Positions 10,037 through 17,792 of a stretch of 44,578 bases of DNA are shown one piece after another; position 1 is the stretch's first letter; each line of letters begins with the position of its first letter. The position numbers and the translations under genes were made by a program. The stretch lies in assembly GCA_026776125.1 (NCBI GenBank), contig GCA_026776125.1_4343.1; one strand, given 5' to 3'. The notes below the pieces were generated by a model that did not search any database, was not told where the DNA came from, and saw nothing but the letters and a program-made list of their open reading frames with translations. The stretch comes from a phage.

Positions 10037-10737
10037 TTACCGCCCCCATGAATGCCTTTATAAATTCAGCGGCTACTTGCGGGACGATGGCATTGCCGTA
10101 ACCGCGCAATCGTCCCACTCTGGCGGGTATCCCATTAGCCAGCGGGAATGTGCTGGGTTCAACTGGCCGGAACTTTCCATCCTTGCGTATCACTGTCACC
10201 CCGCTGCCTTTGAAGTCGTTCGCTGTCGGTGTAGGCCAATTGGTGTGCGCCAAAGAACAGTCTGTCGCGTTTGTGCGGTGCGCCGACGCTACAAGCTGGG
10301 AGTACGGCAAACCCGACGGCGTAGTCTTCTCCTTCCAGGTGAGTTTGTAAATCGCACATCCACGATTTTGCAATTGCTGGCGCAACCTGTTCCCCAAAGA
10401 GGACTGGAGGGTGGCACTCGCTGATGAGGTCGAGGAACACAGGTGCGAGGTGTCTCGGGTCGAACTGTCCGAGTTGCTTTCCTGCCGCGCTAAACGGTTG
10501 GCAAGGCGGGCTTCCCGTCCAGATAGGCGTATCTTCCGAAACTCCCGCAAGTCTGAGCGCGAGAGGCCAGCCGCCGATACCAGCGAAAAAATGACACTGG
10601 GTGAACCCGTCGAGGTCTTCTGGCTTAACTTCGGTAATGCTTCTTTCATCTACAACTCCAAAAGGTATATGACCCTGTTTTATTAGTTCACGCAGCCACG
10701 CGGCTGCGCCTTTATCCCATTCGTTGTAATAGTTCAT
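10029..10737 (-). CDS. DNA (cytosine-5)-methyltransferase, split across two reading frames (frameshift near 10240-10250)
   Basis: ORF 10159..10737 carries motif I FAGIGG, motif IV PCQPFS, motif VIII-like [10 protein letters not shown]; the +1 frame (ORF 10029..10649) carries the C-terminal motif [19 protein letters not shown]. Confidence 0.6.
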
Positions 10738-10925
10738 TTCGCCACCAGAACTAACTCTTTACGCCCGAATGCCGTAACGTTACCGGTTACATCTTCGATA
10801 ACCAGTTTACCGTTTGACTCGACGAATACCGTATCAACGGCAACAGGGCGGCGGGTCTTAACGTTGAAAATCATGTCGCCAGGTACGATGTCGCGGGCTG
10901 GTTTGCGGTCATATTCGTGTTTCAT
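10734..10925 (-). CDS. Hypothetical protein (63 aa)
   Basis: ORF with ATGA overlap to downstream MTase gene; preceded by class I promoter element. Confidence 0.4.
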   Translation of the reverse strand: MKHEYDRKPARDIVPGDMIFNVKTRRPVAVDTVFVESNGKLVIEDVTGNVTAFGRKELVLVAK

Positions 10926-10955
10926 TTCCCAATTCCTTATATTGTTGGTGTGTGA

Positions 10956-11258
10956 TTAACTATAATAGTTCGCTATTAGGTCGTCAATCTGTTTAAACGA
11001 ACCTACGACAAAAACATTTGCACCACGTCTACGCATCCGCTCATGCTCTCGTAACTGGTGCGGGTCTGGCTTCGTGTTTTCGTCTTTCTTAACCTCGACA
11101 AACCAGATTATGCCGTCGGGGAGAATTACCAGCAGGTCGGGCGCTCCGTTTCTACCCTCATACACTATCTTACGAACGAGGCCACCAATGGCCTCGAATC
11201 GGTCTTTTGCGTATTTCTGTATTTTGCCCTCAGGCGTACGCATCCACACACCCCTCAC
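10956..11258 (-). CDS. VRR-NUC domain nuclease (PD-(D/E)xK fold)
   Basis: GAPDLLVILPDG...IIWFVEVKK pattern typical of VRR-NUC. Confidence 0.6.
   Translation of the reverse strand: MRGVWMRTPEGKIQKYAKDRFEAIGGLVRKIVYEGRNGAPDLLVILPDGIIWFVEVKKDENTKPDPHQLREHERMRRRGANVFVVGSFKQIDDLIANYYS
10959..10987 (-). promoter_or_regulatory. Sigma70-like promoter, class I (TTGACG-N17-TATAGT on minus strand)
   Basis: Hexamers with 17-bp spacer read on minus strand; near-identical copies at 14527 and 17467. Confidence 0.45.
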
Positions 11259-11324
11259 GTTTCGTATGTTCAGTACCGCAGCGCGGACAGATTCGACAGT
11301 CTTCTTCGTAGAACCGGTAAATTT

Positions 11325-11456
11325 TCATTCCAGCACCCACAGATAAATTGCGATGAACATGCCCAATATGGCAACCATCATGCCGTATTGACCCTCGTGA
11401 CAGTAGACACCTGCGGCAAATCCCGCCAGTACCGCGATAATCAGTTTACTTAGCAT
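11325..11456 (-). CDS. Small hydrophobic peptide (43 aa), not in ORF track
   Basis: ATG-initiated ORF translated by hand (MLSKLIIAVLAGFAAGVYCHEGQYGMMVAILGMFIAIYLWVLE); overlaps the 3' end of the polymerase gene. Confidence 0.3.
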   Translation of the reverse strand: MLSKLIIAVLAGFAAGVYCHEGQYGMMVAILGMFIAIYLWVLE

Positions 11457-13617
11457 AGCGTTTTAACTCCTGACCTTCCGCTACAAGAGGGAACCCCTCC
11501 GCCCATTCTGGTAATTCGCACATCAATCGCTCAAGCTCTGCGACATTGTATTCCGGCGTATCTGGAGTTTCGCAGATAATCTCATCGTGGACATGAAGTA
11601 CAATTGGATAACCGTTTGCTTCAACGTTAAGTAGCGCATTAGCCAGCAAGTCACGGCACAGTGCCTGAGTGCAGTTTTCCACCAGTTTACCGGAGTAGGT
11701 GTACTGGAAGCCCCACTGCCTGGTTAACTGATTTTCACCCTGATACTTGATGCGCACGTTAGTAGAAACTTTTCCGTCTTCGTCTGTCTCTTTTGACACG
11801 CTCAACCCGACGCCCGGGTATGACATAACGCGACCTGACGGCAACGTCATGCGCAACCACCAACCAGCGACTTTGTTGCCGTTGTTGTCTGTTTCTACGT
11901 TGCGAGAAAACTTAACCCCGCGAGGGCCAGCGGTGAACTCTTTCCCCGGATTACGGATTGCTGCCATAGCTGCGTCTTCAATATCGCGCCAGAATTGGAC
12001 TATTGCAGGATTAGCTTCCCGGTACATGCGCTTTAAAGCGTCACAGGTGCGCCAAACTTTCTTATCAAGGATATATGAGGGTCGGTCATCTTTTTCACCA
12101 GGACGTGGTGGTCGCTTGGCTTCCTGAATACGCGCCCATTCGTATCCGCGTGCGGTAGCGGCCCAAATATGGTCCGGGAATGTACTGTCTAAAGTGTTAG
12201 TCATGTCATTCAAATCAAGACCTAAGTTTTTAGCAAACGTGACGAAAGCACCGACGCCCCCCGCGTAGCCGAGTCCCAGAACCATTGCTTTGGCTATTTG
12301 TCTTTGGTCCTTTGTTACGGCTTCATATGCAACATTGAACACCGTTGATGCGAGTTTCTTATACACATCAACCCCGTTTACAAATACTTCGATTAAATCG
12401 TCTTCACCCGCCAGCCACGCAAGACCGCGGCCTTCGACGTTAGAGTAATCGGCAACGACAAACTTATGCCCTGCTTCCGGTATGATGCAACTGCGAACCG
12501 TCGATGCCGTTAGCTTGGCTACGTCAAATCGGCGGTGCGCACGGCCCTTAAGTAACGCAGAAATGCCTTTATCCAGTTCATCATCATGATAGTACCCGCG
12601 CGCCAGGTTCTGCGGCTGGAAGCCTTTACCGGCAAATCGTAATGTACGCTTAGCTCCACCGTACTGGATACAACCGCGGCGTCGGTCGTCCGACGAGCGG
12701 CCTAACAGCAGCGGGTTATATTTCGTGGACGCTGTTGACGCGGCCCCGAGGCGCATTTCGATAATCATCCGGGCGTCGTCCGGTAAATCATCATCTGCCA
12801 ACAGGTCATTCAGCGTCGACTTCTGCGCGTTGTGGATTCGATGCGCAGGTGCCAGTTCACGCAGAATCGGAAGGAAGTCTTTACCAGTAAGAGAGCCGCC
12901 ATATTTGCGTTGGGCTTCTTCCTGTAACTGCGCCTTGTGTTTCTCTACGGCTTCAATCGCGGCTTCCGCCAGTGCGACGTCAACCTTAAACCCACGGTCA
13001 TTGATTAACTGGTCCAGTTCCAGTACACGGTCCTCGAACTCGGAGTTACCCCAACGCGGTAGCTTATGGAAGACTTCACGCATAGCAGTAATGTCGCTTA
13101 CGGCGTATTTGATGAACAGCGCCCACTCGTCAGGGTGAGTTTCTGCGGTGTAGCGGCGGATTTTGTAGTTCTTCGGCGCCGGTTTAGAGAAACGCTTAAT
13201 CAGAGCCTTGCCGCGTTTATCTTTCGCGTTGTCTGCAGACACGCCCAGCACTTCGCACAGCGCATCAAGAGAACCCGGCAGCGCGTGACGGAACGCCCAA
13301 ATCATAGTATCAATGGTGTTACTTACCGGAATATCAAAGCCCCAGCAGTGTTTCATGATTAGGCGATCGAAAAGTCCACCGTTGTGCCACACCATCTTGA
13401 TGCGGCTGTTGGGCTTAACAAGGCGGCGCAGTGCGCGGTGCAAATCCCCCGGCATGTCGCTGCCGTCGGTGCAATCCCATACCTGTACAGGCTCGTCATC
13501 AAAAGCATAGGTACAGATGAGCACTTCTGTAGTCGGATGCTCGGCGTAAGCATAGGAACCGACTTTCTTTAAATCGGCTTCGGAGAATGTTTCAAAGTCC
13601 AGGTATAAGTAGCTCAT
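11446..13617 (-). CDS. Family A DNA polymerase with N-terminal 3'-5' exonuclease domain
   Basis: Exo I motif LDFETFS; motif A VADYSNVEGRGLAW; motif B RQIAKAMVLGLGYAGG; motif C HVHDEI. Confidence 0.85.
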   Translation of the reverse strand: MSYLYLDFETFSEADLKKVGSYAYAEHPTTEVLICTYAFDDEPVQVWDCTDGSDMPGDLHRALRRLVKPNSRIKMVWHNGGLFDRLIMKHCWGFDIPVSNTIDTMIWAFRHALPGSLDALCEVLGVSADNAKDKRGKALIKRFSKPAPKNYKIRRYTAETHPDEWALFIKYAVSDITAMREVFHKLPRWGNSEFEDRVLELDQLINDRGFKVDVALAEAAIEAVEKHKAQLQEEAQRKYGGSLTGKDFLPILRELAPAHRIHNAQKSTLNDLLADDDLPDDARMIIEMRLGAASTASTKYNPLLLGRSSDDRRRGCIQYGGAKRTLRFAGKGFQPQNLARGYYHDDELDKGISALLKGRAHRRFDVAKLTASTVRSCIIPEAGHKFVVADYSNVEGRGLAWLAGEDDLIEVFVNGVDVYKKLASTVFNVAYEAVTKDQRQIAKAMVLGLGYAGGVGAFVTFAKNLGLDLNDMTNTLDSTFPDHIWAATARGYEWARIQEAKRPPRPGEKDDRPSYILDKKVWRTCDALKRMYREANPAIVQFWRDIEDAAMAAIRNPGKEFTAGPRGVKFSRNVETDNNGNKVAGWWLRMTLPSGRVMSYPGVGLSVSKETDEDGKVSTNVRIKYQGENQLTRQWGFQYTYSGKLVENCTQALCRDLLANALLNVEANGYPIVLHVHDEIICETPDTPEYNVAELERLMCELPEWAEGFPLVAEGQELKRYAK

Positions 13618-13778
13618 TTCTTTTTCCTTAAATCCAGTGCCTTAGTTTCGCTGAGTCTTATTTTCATACAATCACGGCAAATCCACACATGCCTGTACCC
13701 GGCACGGTACTCATCCGCGTACCACGGAAGTGACTTCATATATCGGTATACGTGCTTACAGAAAAACATCATTTTCGA
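13614..13778 (-). CDS. Small Cys-containing protein (about 54 aa), not in ORF track
   Basis: Hand-translated ORF (MMFFCKHVYRYMKSLPWYADEYRAGYRHVWICRDCMKIRLSE...) with stop overlapping the polymerase ATG (ATGA). Confidence 0.3.
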   Translation of the reverse strand, partial: SKMMFFCKHVYRYMKSLPWYADEYRAGYRHVWICRDCMKIRLSETKALDLRKKK

Positions 13779-13828
13779 CCCTTAGTAAAAAGACCCAATG
13801 AAGGGCCTTAGTTAAATTGATTCAGATA

Positions 13829-14458
13829 TTAGCGGCGGCGACGTTCGCGGCGCGGTGCTTCATCTTCTTCGTCGTCTTCCAGGTCGTCGGTGCTCGCTAC
13901 TACACTGGAGCCGCCGAAGCGTTTACCTTCGCCCATATACTTGATGCCGAGGATGGTAGCGCACAGGTTTTTCCAATCTTTGTGCCACCATAGCTCTACA
14001 GATACGTTTGCGACACATCCGCTATATACCTGCTCGCCTTCTATTTCCTTCCCGTCGATGTTGAAATCAGGCTCTGTTTGTTTTTCACCTTTAGCCGATG
14101 TCATAATCACCGGTTGGCGGTTGTTAGTAGCACGGAAATACAAACCTTCTTCAAAATCCTCAATCGGATTGTCACGCATTGCCAGGTCGCGTACGCAGCA
14201 TTTGTCTGCGTGGTGGTCTACTCCGTAGTTGGCTTTCATCCATTTTTCAGCAGCAGCGGTCCCGATTGCCTCCGTTACAACTTCCAGCGCGGTGTCGTAA
14301 AGCGCGTCGATTTGAGGGTGGTCAGGCTGCATAAGAACCGTAACCTGATATTTGCCCTTAATCAGTTTACCGGTTTTCTTGTCCTCAGAGTCGGCAGCTC
14401 GTTCGAATACGTTAACCCATGCAGTGTTTACTTTACGCAGATTCAGTTTAATACCCAT
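13829..14458 (-). CDS. Hypothetical protein with acidic C-terminal tail; possible ssDNA-binding protein
   Basis: 209-aa ORF ending DDLEDDEEDEAPRRERRRR; position in replication operon; function is inference. Confidence 0.3.
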   Translation of the reverse strand: MGIKLNLRKVNTAWVNVFERAADSEDKKTGKLIKGKYQVTVLMQPDHPQIDALYDTALEVVTEAIGTAAAEKWMKANYGVDHHADKCCVRDLAMRDNPIEDFEEGLYFRATNNRQPVIMTSAKGEKQTEPDFNIDGKEIEGEQVYSGCVANVSVELWWHKDWKNLCATILGIKYMGEGKRFGGSSVVASTDDLEDDEEDEAPRRERRRR

Positions 14459-14526
14459 CGTGATTTCTCGCTTTTCAGTTTATATTTCAAAGTTTACTCC
14501 GGGAAGCTGCCCGGCCAGTGATTAGA

Positions 14527-14555
14527 ACTATAATAGCTAACTATTCAGGTGTCAA
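14527..14555 (-). promoter_or_regulatory. Sigma70-like promoter, class I (TTGACA-N17-TATAGT)
   Basis: Near-identical to elements at 10959 and 17467; about 65 nt upstream of gene start at 14458. Confidence 0.45.
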
Positions 14556-14803
14556 CCCTTCCAGCCAGTTATTTTCTCAACTATCTCGATATATTTGTTA
14601 GGCCATTTCATGCTGTTTATGAATCGAAGCGCCTGTGTCTTCCACGATTTATCACTCAGGATGGCTTCTATGTCGCGAGTTTGCGCTATGCATACCGTAA
14701 TACACATTAAGATAAATGTTGGTAGCGTTAGGGGTAGCATAAGAACCCAGAAAACAATACACGCCACAAAACCGCCAATTACTCTGAACATTTTACGAAT
14801 CAT
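14552..14803 (-). CDS. Small membrane protein
   Basis: Hydrophobic segments (FVACIVFWVLMLPLTLPTFILMCITVCIA); ATG at 14803 forms ATGA overlap with upstream gene. Confidence 0.4.
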   Translation of the reverse strand: MIRKMFRVIGGFVACIVFWVLMLPLTLPTFILMCITVCIAQTRDIEAILSDKSWKTQALRFINSMKWPNKYIEIVEKITGWKG

Positions 14804-16041
14804 TCTAAATCCTCCTCTGTTACCTGATTCCACTCAGGACGCTTGTCGTCTGCCGTTGCAACACATGGCGCGCCGGGCTTACGAGTAATAAAGTCTTTCA
14901 GTTCTTCTTCCGGTATGACTTTAACAGCTTCGGTAGGTGACATGAGCACTTCTTTAGTCAGCTTGTCGCCGTAGAGTTCTGTTACTTTCTCCGCGTCTTT
15001 CCATGCACGATTACCCGGGCGGCCTTCAACCAACTTGTAACCAGGAACTTTCTTACCTGAATGCAACGCGGCCGCCATAGCTTTCTCAACCTTGTCGATG
15101 TGCTGGCGCAACAGCGGCAACTTCTCATACTCAGCTACGAGTTGCTCCGGCGTCAGTTCCAGCACAAAGTCGTCTTCCAGTTCTTCCGCCAGTACAGAAT
15201 TAACCGTCTTTGTACGCGCAGCGCATTGTTCAGAGAACCGGCACCACTGACAACCATCTACCGATGGCTTGAAGTCCGACGCTTTCAGGTTCTTCTTGCC
15301 ACGGAAATACGCATCAAGCGCTAACAGCGCGCGTTTCTGTGCGAACTTAGCGAACAGTTCCAGTCCTTCAACCGAGATGTCCCACTCTGTCGCGCCCCCA
15401 GCGTAAGGCTGGAAGATGACCAGACGAACGGTTGTTATGTTATAACGTCTCTTGAGTCGACGATAAACACCGAGAGCGTAAAGCATAAGCTGCTTGTTTT
15501 CTTTCGCTTCGACGCGATGCCGCCCGGTTTTCAGGTCGCCGATAATGAGCATGTGCTCGTCGGTGTTTGCCAGTTCCTGGACAGCAACGAGGTCAGCGGT
15601 TCCGAACGTCTCAACGCCTTCATACCCCGGATGCAATACCTCAGTAAGATTGACACGCATTTCCAGCTTGGCGTAAGTCGCTACGTCTATAATCGCTTTG
15701 CAGTAGTCGGTGTACTTGCGCACCTGCTCAATCATGTCCGCCGTAATCAGTACCGCGCCTTTCATCGGGCTGATTAGCGCCTTAATCTGACCTTTGCCTT
15801 CATCCAGTACGTAAGCGCCGACTTCACGCTCCAACGGCAACGCAGTGCCGCGTATATAGGCGTTGAGATGGACCTCAGCTATGGTGTGCATGGCGGTCCC
15901 CGTAACGGCAGCTTTACCTGACGTGTTAGGAATATCTTTTTCACAGGCCAGTGATGCACTGCACGTCAGCCACTTCTTAGCACCTGACGGCGACAATAAG
16001 GCGTGCACATCATTATTGCCACCGCGTTCTTTTAGAATCAT
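14800..16041 (-). CDS. PD-(D/E)xK exonuclease, Cas4/RecB-like with Cys cluster
   Basis: IGDLKTG...QLMLYA nuclease-type motifs; cysteines at N-terminus (LTCSASLAC) and C-terminus (CQWCRFSEQC) suggest an Fe-S cluster; ATG at 16041 preferred over GTG at 16056. Confidence 0.6.
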   Translation of the reverse strand: MILKERGGNNDVHALLSPSGAKKWLTCSASLACEKDIPNTSGKAAVTGTAMHTIAEVHLNAYIRGTALPLEREVGAYVLDEGKGQIKALISPMKGAVLITADMIEQVRKYTDYCKAIIDVATYAKLEMRVNLTEVLHPGYEGVETFGTADLVAVQELANTDEHMLIIGDLKTGRHRVEAKENKQLMLYALGVYRRLKRRYNITTVRLVIFQPYAGGATEWDISVEGLELFAKFAQKRALLALDAYFRGKKNLKASDFKPSVDGCQWCRFSEQCAARTKTVNSVLAEELEDDFVLELTPEQLVAEYEKLPLLRQHIDKVEKAMAAALHSGKKVPGYKLVEGRPGNRAWKDAEKVTELYGDKLTKEVLMSPTEAVKVIPEEELKDFITRKPGAPCVATADDKRPEWNQVTEEDLE

Positions 16042-16310
16042 GCTCTGTTCTCCCACTGGTCAATTAAATGTCGTGTCTTATGGTCGCAGTGCATGGCCCA
16101 CCCATACATCGACTCGAAGACATAAAAGTCAGGCTTGGCGAAAGTTGTGCGCTTAATCTGTGACACGTGACGGCCTATATCTTTAGGCCGTGGTACTTTT
16201 CCTAAGTACGCCATCTCTTCCATCTGGTGCGCACCGGACGGAGCACGCAATAGCCATAGCGCCTCTGTGTTATCCCGCCTGTCGACGGCTCGGTAGAGTT
16301 GGTAAATCAT
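16038..16310 (-). CDS. Hypothetical protein (90 aa)
   Basis: ORF in operon with ATGA coupling. Confidence 0.4.
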   Translation of the reverse strand: MIYQLYRAVDRRDNTEALWLLRAPSGAHQMEEMAYLGKVPRPKDIGRHVSQIKRTTFAKPDFYVFESMYGWAMHCDHKTRHLIDQWENRA

Positions 16311-16642
16311 TTACCCTCCTCATGCGTTCTCAAGAAGACAATCATAGCGGCGCGTAGAGGGTTTTTGCCGATAACGCATTCGTCGCCAGCGTAAATCATA
16401 CTGGTGGCGTCTCCGGTAATACCGTCAATAACCGCATTATCCGGTAAAGCAATCCATTCTGAATCGGTAGCTACAATCGAGATGTTGTTACCGGTGATAA
16501 CAGGCCATGCGTCTTCCACGCGGTTGCAATAATCAACATCACCAGAAGCTAACTCCATCTGATGCCCTCGCGAAACATTACCGTATAGTGCGCGGCTAAC
16601 CCGTGCGTTAATTTCTATGTCTGTTAGATTTTCGTAGTTCAT
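16307..16642 (-). CDS. Hypothetical protein (111 aa)
   Basis: ORF in operon, overlapping stop/start with neighbour. Confidence 0.4.
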   Translation of the reverse strand: MNYENLTDIEINARVSRALYGNVSRGHQMELASGDVDYCNRVEDAWPVITGNNISIVATDSEWIALPDNAVIDGITGDATSMIYAGDECVIGKNPLRAAMIVFLRTHEEGK

Positions 16643-16685
16643 AATTCCGACCCTCAGTTAAAGCGGCCCGAAGGCCGCGGGATAG

Positions 16686-17186
16686 TTATTCTTCTTCGAA
16701 ATACTTGTTCTTGATTGCTGTCAGGCGTTCCAGGTACTCAGCCAGGTCTTCGTCTTTAATCGCGGCAATCTTCATCTTCTTACCTGTGAACTCTTCCAGC
16801 AGTTCATCAGAATCATCGCACGCGGCATCGCTAGGACCTTCATTAATTGCATCGTCGATGGCCTGAATCTGGTCACGCAGAGACTTGTAATCGACTTCTT
16901 CTTTCTCTTCTTCCGGTTCTGGCGCAGGTTCCTCTACTTTAGCTTTACGCGGCTTGCGTTTTGGCTTCTCTTCCTCCGCCGGTTTAGTGTCAACTACGTC
17001 TTCACCTTCTACCGGGATTTCTTTTGTTGCTTCTTCAGCGCACTCAGCTACCGCTTCTTTGGTGTACGATACCGTCTCTACTTCCAGCGGCGCGGCAACC
17101 TGAACAACTTGTTTCGCACTGTTCGCGGCAATCAGTTCATGTGCAACTACGAAACGTTCCAGCAATACTAAGAATTTCTCTAACAT
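16686..17186 (-). CDS. Highly acidic hypothetical protein (166 aa)
   Basis: E/D-rich with a K/R-rich patch (EEEKPKRKPRKAKVEEPAPEPEEEKEE). Confidence 0.4.
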   Translation of the reverse strand: MLEKFLVLLERFVVAHELIAANSAKQVVQVAAPLEVETVSYTKEAVAECAEEATKEIPVEGEDVVDTKPAEEEKPKRKPRKAKVEEPAPEPEEEKEEVDYKSLRDQIQAIDDAINEGPSDAACDDSDELLEEFTGKKMKIAAIKDEDLAEYLERLTAIKNKYFEEE

Positions 17187-17210
17187 TTGTTTCTATCCTG
17201 TTTGTGTAAG

Positions 17211-17438
17211 TTACTCACCGTCGCCTTCAGTAAGGCTATCGTCTATTAGTTCAAATTTACCGTTTGAGTGTTGAATAGCTTCTTGCCCGCAATGGTCACA
17301 GACAACAAGTTTATCGAACCCATCAAACTCATCCCCTACTACGCAAGAAAGTACAAATTTATGTTTTGTGCACACTTCTTGCGGAGCGCCGAAAATTGCT
17401 CGAAAACCTTTAGCTATGGCCCCAGTGATTGTGTTCAT
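17211..17438 (-). CDS. Small Cys-containing protein, possible zinc-binding (75 aa)
   Basis: Cys pairs C..C and CDHCG; first gene downstream of promoter at 17467. Confidence 0.4.
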   Translation of the reverse strand: MNTITGAIAKGFRAIFGAPQEVCTKHKFVLSCVVGDEFDGFDKLVVCDHCGQEAIQHSNGKFELIDDSLTEGDGE

Positions 17439-17466
17439 ATCTGCCCCTCTCGTTTGGTATGGGCTA

Positions 17467-17495
17467 ACTATAATAGCGAACTATTCACATGTCAA
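17467..17495 (-). promoter_or_regulatory. Sigma70-like promoter, class I (TTGACA-N17-TATAGT)
   Basis: Hexamers and spacer nearly identical to elements at 10959 and 14527. Confidence 0.5.
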
Positions 17496-17559
17496 TGGGC
17501 TTTTCTAAAATAATTAATATGGTACTATTCACATATCAACTGACTAAGGAGTAATTGAC

Positions 17560-17775
17560 ATGCAACCATCTGAACTAGGCATCCGTGTAGAACAACGCCG
17601 CAAAGAACTCGGCATCTCCCAGCGCCGTTTGGCGGCCCTGACCGGCGTTTCCCAGGGCGCGATTAACCAACTGGCACTTGGAGTAACTCAGGACGTCCGC
17701 CCGGCAACGCTGTTCAAACTGGCGGAAGTTCTGGAAGTAGACGCCAAGTGGCTGGCGTTAGGTGAAGGGGCTTAA
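17560..17775 (+). CDS. XRE-family (Cro/CI-type) helix-turn-helix transcriptional regulator
   Basis: LGISQRRLAALTGVSQGAINQLALG HTH signature; RBS AAGGAG upstream. Confidence 0.75.
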   Translation: MQPSELGIRVEQRRKELGISQRRLAALTGVSQGAINQLALGVTQDVRPATLFKLAEVLEVDAKWLALGEGA

Positions 17776-17790
17776 AGCCCCTTTCTTTTT
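17764..17790. terminator. Hairpin terminator (aggggct-taa-agcccct + T-run), likely bidirectional
   Basis: Stem-loop plus TTTCTTTTT overlapping stop of 17560..17775 and 3' end of 17793..20051. Confidence 0.55.
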
Positions 17791-17792
17791 AC

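Noticed and set aside
10029-10649. 206-aa ORF upstream part (about 10260-10649) as an independent Ser/Thr/Arg-rich protein
   Set aside because: Only its last about 70 residues carry a recognisable MTase motif; the N-terminal 135 residues are a low-complexity translation of the wrong frame of the MTase N-terminal domain, so it is treated as part of a frameshifted MTase, not a separate gene.
13788-13812. Candidate terminator hairpin between the polymerase and the acidic-tail protein gene
   Set aside because: The stem is imperfect (gaccc vs gggcc) and lacks a clean T-run; transcription more likely reads through within the operon.
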